Below, in pieces: positions 1 to 9,406 of a stretch of 45,595 nucleotides of DNA. The translations under genes and the position numbers were made by a program. Source of the stretch: Rhodoferax sp. (GTDB lineage: Bacteria; Pseudomonadota; Gammaproteobacteria; Burkholderiales; Burkholderiaceae_C). The notes beneath the pieces were generated by a model, which was not told where the DNA came from, ran no database searches, and saw nothing but the letters and a program-made list of their open reading frames with translations. The stretch spans positions 1-45,595 of the forward strand of contig JAQGMQ010000331.1 of the NCBI GenBank assembly GCA_028292305.1. Direction: 5' to 3'. The first letter of the stretch is position 1; the number at the start of each line of letters is the position of its first letter.

Positions 1-544
1 CCTCGGATTCCGCCTCTGCGCGGGATTTTACCGGATCGTCCACCAATGCTAAATCGCAGCGGAACCCTGTAATCGTTCCGCCTACGCCAGCACTGCGATA
101 CGCGCCACCATTCGTGGTGTCCCACATCTCGACGCCGCCGCGGTCCACGCTGAACCCCAGCACGTCGCCATTTTCACGCACCTGATCCAGCACGCTGCGG
201 CTGAACCGCTCGGCCAGCTTGGCGGTGTTGCTCGCCGCGATGATCTTCAGATGCTTGCGCTGCGATAAGCACCATGCAGGGAACAGCACGCTGGCGTAGG
301 TGGATTTTGCGGACCCAGGCGGCAGGTTCAGCATCAGGCGCGGCGTGCGGCCGGCCGCCACCGCTTCCAGTTCGCGGATGATTAAGTCGTGGTGCGGGGC
401 AGGAGCATGACCCAACGGCGCCAGCGCATGGACACAATACTCTCGGAAGCTACTCCGGATCTTCCGCCGGCTCATCTCCAACAGGATCGCTTCGAGTTCC
501 AGCTTTTCGGCCGAATTCAGCAAGTCGATCCGCAAGCTGGACAT
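1..544 (-). CDS. terL: Phage terminase large subunit (N-terminal ATPase part; runs off the left edge)
   Basis: Not in the ORF track; translated by hand from ATG 544 (alternative ATG 475): MSSLRIDLL...RLMLNLPPGSAKSTY (Walker A-like)...AGVGGTITGFRCDLALVDDPVKS (Walker B). Overlaps the end of TerS. Confidence 0.88.
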   Translation of the reverse strand, partial: MSSLRIDLLNSAEKLELEAILLEMSRRKIRSSFREYCVHALAPLGHAPAPHHDLIIRELEAVAAGRTPRLMLNLPPGSAKSTYASVLFPAWCLSQRKHLKIIAASNTAKLAERFSRSVLDQVRENGDVLGFSVDRGGVEMWDTTNGGAYRSAGVGGTITGFRCDLALVDDPVKSRAEAESE

Positions 545-920
545 CGGTTAGATTCCTGACGCCGATTTCGCCCGCATGTGTGACATCGACCTTATCGCCG
601 TAGACTTTGGGGGCCAATTTCGCGGCTCGCCATTGCCGGGTCCAGATTTGCAGCTTCACCACCTGCCAGTTCTCAGGCGTGGCAGCGTCCGCCATGTCCT
701 GAATGTCGTCCATGATGGCGTCTTGCTGGGCGACCTTCGCGCGCGCAATTCTGGCCCGAAACTCCTCATCTACTGCCATACGCTCATAGACGGCAGTATC
801 GGACGGGCATTTCGAGATGCGGCACGCTTGCTTCATCGACATGCCGTGCACCAACATGCGGCACAGGTTGTCGATGGCCTCGTCATCATAGACAGACCGG
901 CGGTTTGCTGGGCGTCCCAT
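450..920 (-). CDS. terS: Phage terminase small subunit (Sf6 gp1-like)
   Basis: MGRP...YDDEAIDNLC..L..G.SMKQAC...QIWTRQWRAAKLAPKVYGDKVDVTH signature; directly upstream of TerL. Confidence 0.85.
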   Translation of the reverse strand: MGRPANRRSVYDDEAIDNLCRMLVHGMSMKQACRISKCPSDTAVYERMAVDEEFRARIARAKVAQQDAIMDDIQDMADAATPENWQVVKLQIWTRQWRAAKLAPKVYGDKVDVTHAGEIGVRNLTDVQLADRLAEFGRKAGTRSDPVGDEPAEDPE

Positions 921-1142
921 TCGGATACGTCTCACGGGGCCTGAACGAAAAACGGAGCAGCGCGCGAACACTGCTCCGTCTATTCAGGGAATGCTTGTCG
1001 GCCTCTCAGCCTAGAAAACATGGGGCAATTGGGTGCCGAATGCAATCTCAAATGGATACTGCCTGGCTAACGGCGGGCGCATCAACTCCAGATGCTAGAT
1101 ACAAACCATGTAAAGCCAGGGAATGCAATAGTTTTTCCGCGG

Positions 1143-1364
1143 TCATTTTGCGGCCTCGTCCTCCTCGACAAACACCATCCCACCATCAGCCGCCACCCGA
1201 TTCCCCATCTGGTTGAGATACGTAGCTATCGCCGCCTGAACCATCTGATACAGCACGTCATACGTAATGAGATGCGCCAACCCGCCCGTGCGACTTTCCT
1301 CCATCGGGCATTGGAGCAACGCTGCATCGACGGCCCAATCCATGGGGGTCCAGTCTTTGGTCAT
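1143..1364 (-). CDS. Hypothetical phage protein
   Basis: ATG 1364 overlaps the upstream stop (ATGA coupling). Confidence 0.5.
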   Translation of the reverse strand: MTKDWTPMDWAVDAALLQCPMEESRTGGLAHLITYDVLYQMVQAAIATYLNQMGNRVAADGGMVFVEEDEAAK

Positions 1365-1603
1365 TCTGGGGTGCGCTCCAACAGGTCGAAAGACCATGTG
1401 CAGCCGACTGCCTCTGCCAGATCGGCCATCTGCGAAACCGTCAGGCGCCGATAGTTGCCCGACAGGATGCGACGCAACAGCGCGGGCTTCATTTCCAACG
1501 ACGCGGCCAACACTTCCACAGTGATACCACGCCGGCCCATGGCGGTTGCGACCTCGCCGCCGACCAGCAGGAGCATGCACTGGAATGTGGTGTTGTAGCT
1601 CAC
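1361..1603 (-). CDS. XRE-like helix-turn-helix protein
   Basis: GITVEVLAASLEMKPALLRRILSG..RLTVSQMADLAEAVG HTH pattern; GTG coupled to the upstream stop. Confidence 0.6.
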   Translation of the reverse strand: MSYNTTFQCMLLLVGGEVATAMGRRGITVEVLAASLEMKPALLRRILSGNYRRLTVSQMADLAEAVGCTWSFDLLERTPE

Positions 1604-2187
1604 TTCACCGGCCTCCCGACATTCCGCCAAACCGTGATCGTATCCAATGCGGCCACCAGAAACCGCATGTTCCCCGCCCCGACATTCTGGTCATGCCCCG
1701 CGCACCGTTCGAGTGCCGCCCATTCGAGTTGCCCGACCATGGCAGCCACGATGGCGAGGTCTTTCCGTGCCGCTGTGACCCGCACGGCTTCGTCCATGGT
1801 GGCAGCACCTGGCACACGCTCGCCATACGACGCCGTGCCGTTGAAGCCCTTGTATCCGGTGAGATACCGCTGCCGGAACCAGATGCCCGAACCCCATTGC
1901 GTGCGCGTCAGGTGGTTCTGCGCGTGCAGCGTGTCGATCGTGCATTCGCAGACCACGCGCCGGGCTGTGACACGCTCGCCTCGGGATGCCGTGCCTTTGG
2001 AGCGGCCCTCGACTTCCTCCGTGCGGACGAGCCGCGCCGTGGCTGCCGGGCCATCTGCGCCTGTGTCCGGAGCGGCGACGATGATCGCTTCGGCCAGGGC
2101 TTTGGCACGTTCGCGGGCAAGGCCGTCGTTCCAGGCGCGCAGGCGAGCCGCCGTGATGGCGCCGCGTTTCGGCGTCATGTGGCTCAC
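1600..2187 (-). CDS. Putative late-gene regulator (Q-like/DUF6456-like)
   Basis: Position at the end of the early operon just before terminase; IDTLHAQNHLTRTQW.SG..FR..Y pattern. Confidence 0.5.
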   Translation of the reverse strand: MSHMTPKRGAITAARLRAWNDGLARERAKALAEAIIVAAPDTGADGPAATARLVRTEEVEGRSKGTASRGERVTARRVVCECTIDTLHAQNHLTRTQWGSGIWFRQRYLTGYKGFNGTASYGERVPGAATMDEAVRVTAARKDLAIVAAMVGQLEWAALERCAGHDQNVGAGNMRFLVAALDTITVWRNVGRPVK

Positions 2188-2378
2188 TCGGGTGGCTCCG
2201 TGAATGGCATCCAGTGCGTAGGCTGGAATTCGTGCGTCCAGCGCGCCCAGTGCTTCAGTTTGCTATCCCACCAACTGAAACATGGATCGCTCCACACGCC
2301 GGATCGGATGGGGTAGCGCGCGATCAGGAAGCATCCATGCGCATCCTTCGGTGCAGTCTCGATCGGCTGCCACGTCAT
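2184..2378 (-). CDS. DUF551-like phage protein
   Basis: MTWQPIETAPKD...QPTHWMP signature. Confidence 0.75.
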   Translation of the reverse strand: MTWQPIETAPKDAHGCFLIARYPIRSGVWSDPCFSWWDSKLKHWARWTHEFQPTHWMPFTEPPE

Positions 2379-2544
2379 GACCGCACCCCCGACAGGTTCC
2401 GCAGCCACCGCCAGAACCGCGCGACCACCCGATTGCCGCGCTTGGGTTCCGCCCGCGCCACCATTGCCGGCCAGGAGCCGATTTCCTGCCCGCCTGATGC
2501 GTTGCGCCGCGCGTCCGTGGATTGGTGCCACCAGAAGGAATAAC

Positions 2545-2805
2545 TCACTGTGCGGCCTCCTGTGCGATTTTTCCCCGTGCCCAACGTTTTTTTGCGGCGA
2601 CAGACATTGCCGCTCGCGTAGCATCGGAAAGTTTCTTTCCTAATTTAGCTACCGACATCTTTGCTCGGGTATGCTGGGCGATCAAAGGCTTGTTCTTTAA
2701 AGCGGCCGAGATTTTGGCTTTTGTCTCGGCGGAAGGCGCCATGCCTTTGTGAGAAGCCGACATCTTCGCCCGCGTTTCCTCGGTGTGCGAACTGCCCTTA
2801 CGCAT
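2545..2805 (-). CDS. Stand-alone NUMOD3-repeat DNA-binding protein
   Basis: Repeats HTEETRAKMSASHKG / SAETKAKISAALK / HTRAKMSVAKLG / SDATRAAMSVA; GGAGG RBS. Confidence 0.7.
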   Translation of the reverse strand: MRKGSSHTEETRAKMSASHKGMAPSAETKAKISAALKNKPLIAQHTRAKMSVAKLGKKLSDATRAAMSVAAKKRWARGKIAQEAAQ

Positions 2806-3014
2806 CGCGGCCTCCTGTGCTGCAATTACACGGCGCAATCATGCGATCCACACCCAGATGCCTGCCATCGCGACAACGGACGCGGCGTAGAACGGCCAGA
2901 CGACCGCGCGGCGGTGATAGATGTCCCGGCGGATTTCCTGCCGCGTGGTGACGCCGCCCAGGATCCAGAGCAGCATCAGCAGGGCCAACAGGCCGATCGG
3001 CTTGATGAGGTCGG

Positions 3015-3338
3015 TCACTGCCCCCTCCCCTCGGTAAACGGGTTCCGCTCATCCTCAAACCGCGCCAACGGATCGCGCTGGAACTGCCCCTTCGGCCCTT
3101 GCACCCGCGACGAAACGACGGTCGGCACCAACTCCACCTGCGCCGTCTCGCACCGCTGCACCATTTGCCGATACAGCCGCGCCATTTCCCGCTGCCAGTC
3201 TTCGGGCATCGACTGCGCAATGGAGCGGCGGATGACGAGATAGGAGCCGGGGCAGACGCGATCCCAGTCCGGCAGCGGGTCGGCTGGTTGTTCGGTGCGG
3301 TCTAGCCAGCGGGTTAGGGCGCGGGACCAGATGCTCAT
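3015..3338 (-). CDS. Hypothetical phage protein
   Basis: SYLVIRRSIAQSMPEDWQ..M motif; part of the coupled operon. Confidence 0.55.
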   Translation of the reverse strand: MSIWSRALTRWLDRTEQPADPLPDWDRVCPGSYLVIRRSIAQSMPEDWQREMARLYRQMVQRCETAQVELVPTVVSSRVQGPKGQFQRDPLARFEDERNPFTEGRGQ

Positions 3339-3444
3339 CACCACTCCCCCCGGTTGCTGCGTTCGTCGGAGTGGCTGCGCAGGGCGAGGTAGAGCCAGAA
3401 CACCGCCAGCACGGCGAGGTCGGCCAGGATCCACTACCACACGG

Positions 3445-4407
3445 TCATGTTCCGGTCCTCCGCGGCAGGATGATGCCAGGTCGGCATTCGGCACGAATTG
3501 CGGAGTCGAAATAACTCAGCAGACGAATGCGATCGCCGGCTTTGCTCGCCATCCGCCGAATGACCGGAATCATGTCGTCCGGCACGTAGCCAGCCGCCAG
3601 CCAGCCAATCAACGTGGTCAATTCGCGCAGGCTATCCGGCTCAGGAAGCCCGGCAGCGTCGTAAATTCGCCGCCGAGCGATGTCGAGAAACTCGCCGTTG
3701 ACCATCGGCTTCCCGGTTTCTCGATCCGGGTAAATATCCGCCATGCCCGTTCCAAGCGGGTCCGGGGCACCGGCTTTTGGGGTCGCGCGCACGGCTTCAG
3801 GAACAAGAGCTAGCCTGCTTTCTTGCTTACTTACTTTACTTGTACTTAACTTGGATCCTGTTACAGTCTGAGCAACAGGGGTTGTCACAGAGCGTGTGGC
3901 AATGTCTGTGACAGACTCTGTGACAGAGGTTGTGACAGATGTTGTGACAGATGAAGGATGCGCCACTGTCGCAGATTGCGTGGCACGCTTACCGGCCTCG
4001 TCAGCAGCCTTCTTGTCCGCCTTGGCAAGCCGCGCAGCTTCCGTCCGGCTCTTGCTGGCAAGCCTGGCTGCCCATGCGTCGTTAGCCTTCTCTGCGACGA
4101 CAGGGTGATACAGCCGGCCATCCAGGCACTGGATCCAGCCACGCAGCGCCATGGCCTTCACCTTGCGCCACGATGACCCGGCGTTGGACAGGTGAGCCAG
4201 AATGCGGTCATCGTCGGGCAGGCTGCCGGCCGGCACCTGAAGGAAGCTCTTGCCCCAAAGGGTCAAAGCCGCCTTGAACTCATCCCCCGTGGAAAGCGCA
4301 TACAGGTCGCTGTCAAACAGGCGAACGATATCCAACGGCATATACGGCATCCCGCGAAGGTCGCACTCAGGCGGCGTCAGCGGGGCAGCCAACTCGGCGC
4401 CCGTCAT
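3445..4407 (-). CDS. Phage replication initiator, DUF1376/YdaU-like
   Basis: DLRGMPYMPLDIVRLFDSD...LW..SF.QVPAGSLPDDD..LA motif; adjacent to DnaB; contains iterons. Confidence 0.8.
   Translation of the reverse strand: MTGAELAAPLTPPECDLRGMPYMPLDIVRLFDSDLYALSTGDEFKAALTLWGKSFLQVPAGSLPDDDRILAHLSNAGSSWRKVKAMALRGWIQCLDGRLYHPVVAEKANDAWAARLASKSRTEAARLAKADKKAADEAGKRATQSATVAHPSSVTTSVTTSVTESVTDIATRSVTTPVAQTVTGSKLSTSKVSKQESRLALVPEAVRATPKAGAPDPLGTGMADIYPDRETGKPMVNGEFLDIARRRIYDAAGLPEPDSLRELTTLIGWLAAGYVPDDMIPVIRRMASKAGDRIRLLSYFDSAIRAECRPGIILPRRTGT
3820..3951. repeat. Putative phage replication origin (iterons plus AT-rich tract) inside the initiator gene
   Basis: TGTGACAGA four times at 12-bp period (3907, 3919, 3931, 3943), inverted TGTCACA at 3883, and an AT-rich CTTACTT tract at 3820-3852; lambda O/ori-like layout. 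Confidence 0.75.
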
Positions 4408-5870
4408 CGGTAATCTCCGTGATTGTCGTTCGCCTGGTCCGCCTCAGCGAACGTGGCCGATGCTTTCAAAAACTTCAGTGGCACGGCGATTGGCTCACCA
4501 TCCCGCACCTTCTCGAAAATCAGTTCCGCTTTGCCGTCCAGCCGAGACTTCTGATCGTGGTAGTCAGTCACGCGAGCGGCATACTTCTCTGAAGTCTCGC
4601 CTTCCCGCTGATCCGGCACCGACTTGCTGAGGTGCAGTTCCGGCCGATACACAAACCCCACCGTGTCAGCATCTTCCTCGATCGCACCCGACTGCCGGAG
4701 GTCGCCCATCGTGGGCCGCTTGTCGTCCCGGCTTTCCACGCCCCGGTTAAGCTGGGACAGAAGGATCACCGGAATTTCCAACTCCTTGGCGATGGCCTTC
4801 ATGGTGTGGCTAATCGCCGTCATCATGGCCGTGGCGCCGTTGCGGATGTCCGCGGCTTCCGCCTTCACGATCTGCAAGTGATCCACCAGCAGCAGCCCCA
4901 GGCCGTGCCGCTTCTTCGCAGCCTTGCCCTTGGCCAATATGTCGGCAGCGTTCATGGATCCGCCGTCCTCGATGGACAGCGGAAGGTCGTGAAGCTCCTG
5001 CCGGGCTTGGATCAGTTGGCGAGCGTATGGCGCATGCTCACCAGCCCGCAGAGCAGCCAACGGGATGCCAGCAGCGGCCGACAGCGTGCGCCGACCCAAC
5101 GCGGTGGCTGTCATCTCCAACGAGATTTCCAGCACGCCCACACCGGCCCTAGCAGCGTTCAGTGCCCACTTGTGGCCAAGGGCGGACTTGCCCGACCCAG
5201 GCCGACCAGCCAGCACGTTCAGCGTGCCAGGCTCCATCCCGCCGATGACCGCATCCACGCTGGCCATGCCGGTCGAGACACCCAAGGTCTTCTCACCGCG
5301 TGCCATGGCGTCGGCATCGGCTAGGGCTGCATCCATGGCGTCGTTGAGCGAAACAGCCTGCCGGTCCATGCCATCGACCAGTCCATACGTGGCCAGTTCC
5401 ATGGCACGCATGTGTTCGGCCACGACAGCGGAGATGTCCTGCCCGTCCCCGAAGGAGCGGTTAACCAACGCCTCGCCAGCCTGGATCATCTCGCGGCGTA
5501 CATAGGCTTCCACGATGGCTCGGCCGTAGCCGCTGATGTAGCGGGTGCCGACCATGCACTTCATCAAGTCAACGATGTAGTTGAACCCGCCCACGTCATC
5601 GAGCAGGCCAGAGTTTTCAAACTCAGCCTTCAACGTGATCGCATCGGCAACGCCACCCGACCGGATGCGCTTGGTGCAGGCGGTGAAAATCTTGGCGTTG
5701 ATCGGGTCAGCGAAATGCTCGGCACGCAGGAAGGTGTCGAACTGCCCAAGCGCCCGGTTGTCGCAGAGGATGCCGCCTAGGACGGCTTGCTCGGCCTGTA
5801 GGTTGGTTGGGGTTGCGCGCTGGGATATTCCGCGCAGGGCGATGTCGAATGGGACTACATCACCGGCCAT
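4404..5870 (-). CDS. dnaB: Replicative DNA helicase (DnaB family)
   Basis: AEQAVLGGIL, LAGRPGSGKS, SLEM, VDHLQ, LLSQLNRGVESRDDKRP..GDLRQSGAIEEDAD motifs. Confidence 0.95.
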   Translation of the reverse strand: MAGDVVPFDIALRGISQRATPTNLQAEQAVLGGILCDNRALGQFDTFLRAEHFADPINAKIFTACTKRIRSGGVADAITLKAEFENSGLLDDVGGFNYIVDLMKCMVGTRYISGYGRAIVEAYVRREMIQAGEALVNRSFGDGQDISAVVAEHMRAMELATYGLVDGMDRQAVSLNDAMDAALADADAMARGEKTLGVSTGMASVDAVIGGMEPGTLNVLAGRPGSGKSALGHKWALNAARAGVGVLEISLEMTATALGRRTLSAAAGIPLAALRAGEHAPYARQLIQARQELHDLPLSIEDGGSMNAADILAKGKAAKKRHGLGLLLVDHLQIVKAEAADIRNGATAMMTAISHTMKAIAKELEIPVILLSQLNRGVESRDDKRPTMGDLRQSGAIEEDADTVGFVYRPELHLSKSVPDQREGETSEKYAARVTDYHDQKSRLDGKAELIFEKVRDGEPIAVPLKFLKASATFAEADQANDNHGDYR

Positions 5871-6120
5871 AACCGACCTCCCATGCATTCATCTGCTGCA
5901 TGACGGAAGTCGTGGCGTCGATCTCGTCGTTAATGTCTTTGTCTGCCGGATTGCGCAGCAGCCAATTGGCGTAGCGGGCCATCATCATTTGCCGCGCTTC
6001 GCAGAACGCGAGGAAATCCGCGCGGGCGCTGCCAAGGGGCAGGACTGCGGTTCCGCTGTTCGTGATGCATTGGGGATTGAACACGCGCGCCTGTGCGCGT
6101 ACGTTTCTGGACTCAGCCAT
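5860..6120 (-). CDS. Hypothetical protein
   Basis: ORF with GAGAGG RBS, coupled to dnaB. Confidence 0.5.
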   Translation of the reverse strand: MAESRNVRAQARVFNPQCITNSGTAVLPLGSARADFLAFCEARQMMMARYANWLLRNPADKDINDEIDATTSVMQQMNAWEVGYGR

Positions 6121-6270
6121 ATCGACCTCTCACATAGGTTGACTGGTTAGGGGGTGGGATTCGGTTGGCGCCGAACCCACTCCCGCCACCATTGTTGGGC
6201 GGCACATCTACGGTAGCGGGAACCCTTAAGCCCCGCAACTCCGATTGGTAAGAAATGATGGCGGCGAGGC

Positions 6271-6684
6271 TCATATCGCCTCAACCGTCAGCGTCGTAAA
6301 TACGTTGTCGGCGTAGAACTTACTCAGGCTCATCTCGACAACTTCTGCGTCGTCGCGCCACGCAATCCCGTTCAAAGCGTCGGCTACCAACTTCGTCACA
6401 TTGTCCAAGTCGGGTTTTCCAGTCGGCCTACATGCACCCGACCGCGCCGCTTCTTGCTTCTTCTTCGACCAGCTAGCCGGGATCGGCACGCCGACTGCCA
6501 TAGACAGCCGCAGCGGCCCGGCCATTACCGCAGCCCCGTTCATCGCCTGGATCGCGCACGACTTCACCCAGGCTTCCGCGTTAACGGTTTCCGATGGTGT
6601 GTAGGCACGCGCGAACCCGCCTCGCGTCGAGATGCGGGGACGCTGCTTGCCTCGCATGGGGCCGGGGATGGTGACGACCAGCAT
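6271..6684 (-). CDS. rusA: RusA-family Holliday junction resolvase
   Basis: KQRPR...YTP...KPDLDNVTKLVADALNGIAWRDDAEVV motif. Confidence 0.92.
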   Translation of the reverse strand: MLVVTIPGPMRGKQRPRISTRGGFARAYTPSETVNAEAWVKSCAIQAMNGAAVMAGPLRLSMAVGVPIPASWSKKKQEAARSGACRPTGKPDLDNVTKLVADALNGIAWRDDAEVVEMSLSKFYADNVFTTLTVEAI

Positions 6685-6783
6685 GGCCCTATCGAACCAA
6701 CCGCAGCAGCTTAACCCGGCTGGCCACTTCGCCCTCCGTCGTCGCCAGCATCCAGGCGATTTCGGAATCCGACTTGCCCGCAG

Positions 6784-7023
6784 TCACCATCTTGGCCAGC
6801 CGCTGCCCACCTTACGGACTTTCCACGAAGCCACCTGGGCGGCGCTGAGTTTATCCTTATGAGCCTGGGTCATGACGAAGCCGGGTTGACGACCGCGGCG
6901 CTTTTTCTGCGCGATGACCGGCAAATCAGTCGATGGCGCCATACGCAAATCGATCGGCAACAGGTCGCTGTTGTCGTAAACCTGGCCGGCGATGAACGCT
7001 CTGTATTGCCCGCTCATGCTCAC
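6784..7023 (-). CDS. Small protein with NUMOD3-like motif
   Basis: GFVMTQAHKDKLSAA; start/stop coupling. Confidence 0.45.
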   Translation of the reverse strand: MSMSGQYRAFIAGQVYDNSDLLPIDLRMAPSTDLPVIAQKKRRGRQPGFVMTQAHKDKLSAAQVASWKVRKVGSGWPRW

Positions 7024-7301
7024 ATCCCCAAAGCGCGGCGATATGTGTCCAGAAGCATCTCCTGCTCCTCGACCTCGGCAGGGTCTTGAGCGCGGATCCT
7101 GATCAACTGACGGATGACTTTGTTTTCGAACCCGGCCGACGCGGATTCCTTGTAGATGTCGGAAATGTCCGAGGAGAGCGCCTTACGCTCCTCCAAAAGT
7201 CTTTCTATCCGCTCCACCAAACTCCGCAGCCGATCGGCAGCCAGCGGTTCGGCCGTCACGTTATGCCCAGCACCGGGCGCGGCATCGGTATCGTCAAGCA
7301 T
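7020..7301 (-). CDS. DUF2312/GapR-like nucleoid-associated protein
   Basis: AADRLRSLVERIERLLEERKALSSDISDIYKE..SAGFENKVIRQLIRIRAQDPAEVEEQEMLLDTYRRALGM. Confidence 0.9.
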   Translation of the reverse strand: MLDDTDAAPGAGHNVTAEPLAADRLRSLVERIERLLEERKALSSDISDIYKESASAGFENKVIRQLIRIRAQDPAEVEEQEMLLDTYRRALGM

Positions 7302-7680
7302 CGGCTTTCCCCATTTTGAAGTAGACGGTTTCGCTCATCGCCCCGAGTGCGTTGGCGATGGCCGGCGTCATTGGCCGGATTCCGTTTAGGACCATCGAGA
7401 CGGTCGCCTGATTGGCCCCGGTGCGTTTGCAGAACCCATGCTGCGTTTCCCGCTGGCATGCCGCTCGCAACTCGCGAACCAGATCGTCGGCGGTGATGTA
7501 ATTGCGCCGTGCAATCGCTCGGTTGCCGTCCTCCAAAAAGGCGGCGCTGCCAGATCGCGCCAATGTCGCAGACCTGGCAGCGCCAAGTTTGGGGGAGAAA
7601 CCGCCCGCGTCAGACGGAGGACTGACACGAGCCTCTGTGGCCGGCGTGGTCATGCCGGCGCATTCTGTGGTGCTGCTCAT
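7294..7680 (-). CDS. HTH-containing phage protein
   Basis: TQHGFCKRTGANQATVSMVLNGIRP..PAIANALG. Confidence 0.55.
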   Translation of the reverse strand: MSSTTECAGMTTPATEARVSPPSDAGGFSPKLGAARSATLARSGSAAFLEDGNRAIARRNYITADDLVRELRAACQRETQHGFCKRTGANQATVSMVLNGIRPMTPAIANALGAMSETVYFKMGKADA

Positions 7681-7949
7681 CGCAGGCGCCGCCCGTCAGG
7701 CACGCCGCGCTTCTCGTAGAAATTAGCCAGAGCCGTTTCGCTCACGCCGAGGCGCCTGGAGGTGCTGTAGTGCGACGCCCCCGCCTCAGCACCCGCAATG
7801 GCCACGCTGACCATCTCGTCATCCCAGGTGATGTGCCAAGCCGCGGCCTGTGCAGCGAACGCCTGCGGAGAGGGGCGGCGACCGGCGAGTGCCTTGCTCA
7901 TCTTGGCGACGGTATCCGGCGAGCGGGGTTTACCCTTGGGCCACGGCAT
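7677..7949 (-). CDS. NUMOD3 plus HTH-like small protein
   Basis: KGKPRSPDTVAKMSKALAGR followed by an HTH-like C-terminus. Confidence 0.5.
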   Translation of the reverse strand: MPWPKGKPRSPDTVAKMSKALAGRRPSPQAFAAQAAAWHITWDDEMVSVAIAGAEAGASHYSTSRRLGVSETALANFYEKRGVPDGRRLR

Positions 7950-8500
7950 CAGTCTGCACCGTGGCTGGGCCAAACAATCACAATCGGCGGGAGGCCGCGC
8001 GCCGCCATGACTTGGCACAGAGCGCCGACGTTGGATCCGTCAAAGCCCTGGATGTTGTTCTGCGCGGCCCAGGCCATGCACGGCCCAAGCTCAATCTCGA
8101 TTTTTCCGTCAGGACCAACAGGCGGCAGGATCACCGGCTCCTTCGGGATGACGATCTTGGGCAAAGCTGGGCGCGACTGCTGGAAGATTCGGGGCGTGCT
8201 GTTGTGCCCGTAAGTCACAGCGCGACCCGGCGCGACCTTCAGCACAGGCTTCGGCGGCGGCGGGTTTGCCAACCGCTCCTCGCGCTTCACCCGGCCCCGC
8301 TCGACCAACATGTTGTGCAGGGCTTCCCGCGAACGGTGAATCTTGTAGTTGCGGATAAAGCTTTCCAGCGACTTCCGGCCAACCACTGCACCGGGCAGGG
8401 TATTCAGCAGATCAACCAGAGCATCGATGTGAATGCCGTTGGGCCATTCCGATAGGATAACCGCCTTGCGTTGTTCTGATCGCCAATCGGCACGAAGCAT
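7949..8500 (-). CDS. Hypothetical phage protein
   Basis: 183-aa ORF with GGAGA RBS. Confidence 0.55.
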   Translation of the reverse strand: MLRADWRSEQRKAVILSEWPNGIHIDALVDLLNTLPGAVVGRKSLESFIRNYKIHRSREALHNMLVERGRVKREERLANPPPPKPVLKVAPGRAVTYGHNSTPRIFQQSRPALPKIVIPKEPVILPPVGPDGKIEIELGPCMAWAAQNNIQGFDGSNVGALCQVMAARGLPPIVIVWPSHGAD

Positions 8501-8573
8501 TACAGTTCTCCTTGTCCTTCAACGTGTCACGAAAAGTTAATACCCAACTCACAACGGAATTGTTTGACAGCAG

Positions 8574-9191
8574 TTAAGGTATTCTAATACCTCTACCGTG
8601 TATGGACACACCGAGCAGCGACAAGGCCCCGACCGCGAACGCCACCCAGCCGCTTGGCTCGGGAACGCGGGTGATTTCCGGGGGCGCGTCGGTGAGTTCG
8701 ATTGGCGGCATCGTGGTGAACGGCGGCGCCTCGACCGGTGGCGACGGAAGCAGCGTCAGCGGCGGGGCCGACATCTTGGGGCCGCTAACGGGCACAATCG
8801 GCGGCGGCATCTGGTCAATCCGATGTGCACGCAGCCGGCGATTGTGGCGCGTGCCAGTTGGTGCAAATTCGACCGGGCCAGGTGCGCCACCGCTCGGGCC
8901 GAAGCCGAAGCCGAAATCACCAAAGTATGGCGGATATGGTGCGGACGGGAACAGCGGCAGCATCGGGCGCAGATCGGGGATCGGCGGTGCGAGCGGTGCT
9001 GAATGCGCGGCGGCTGGTGGGGGCGGCAACAGCGCCGGCTGGGCTGGCAACGCGGCGCCCGGGACAAACCCGCCACAGCCAATGATTATCGCGGTATACC
9101 CAGCTTCAGGCGGCAGCCAACGGACAAGGTTGTACCACCGCCAATGCTTGGCACCCCAGCAATCTGAAGTGAAGCGGTGGACCCAGGTCAC
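8574..9191 (-). CDS. Pro-rich protein with PEP-CTERM-like C-terminus
   Basis: Ends VPEPSGWVAFAVGALSLLGVSIHGRGIRIP (VPEP + hydrophobic helix + Arg). Confidence 0.55.
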   Translation of the reverse strand: MTWVHRFTSDCWGAKHWRWYNLVRWLPPEAGYTAIIIGCGGFVPGAALPAQPALLPPPPAAAHSAPLAPPIPDLRPMLPLFPSAPYPPYFGDFGFGFGPSGGAPGPVEFAPTGTRHNRRLRAHRIDQMPPPIVPVSGPKMSAPPLTLLPSPPVEAPPFTTMPPIELTDAPPEITRVPEPSGWVAFAVGALSLLGVSIHGRGIRIP

Positions 9192-9398
9192 TTATGCGGC
9201 CCGCCGATCTTCGCCAGCGAACCAATCGTTGGGCTGGACTTGCCCCTGCGTCAGTTCTGCAATCCGGCGCATCACCAACCGGTGTGGCGTGCGATCCTGC
9301 GACAGGTACCGGTAGATGGTTTGCGGTGCGACGCCAATCGACGCAGCAAAAACCGTGGGGCTAAGTTCGTTGGATGAAAGCCAGGTTCGAAGGTCCAT
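9192..9398 (-). CDS. Cro-like repressor
   Basis: 68 aa, MDLRTWL...FAASIGVAPQTIYRY...IAELTQGQVQPNDW; divergent from the CI-like gene. Confidence 0.85.
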   Translation of the reverse strand: MDLRTWLSSNELSPTVFAASIGVAPQTIYRYLSQDRTPHRLVMRRIAELTQGQVQPNDWFAGEDRRAA

Positions 9399-9406
9399 GG
9401 CCCACA

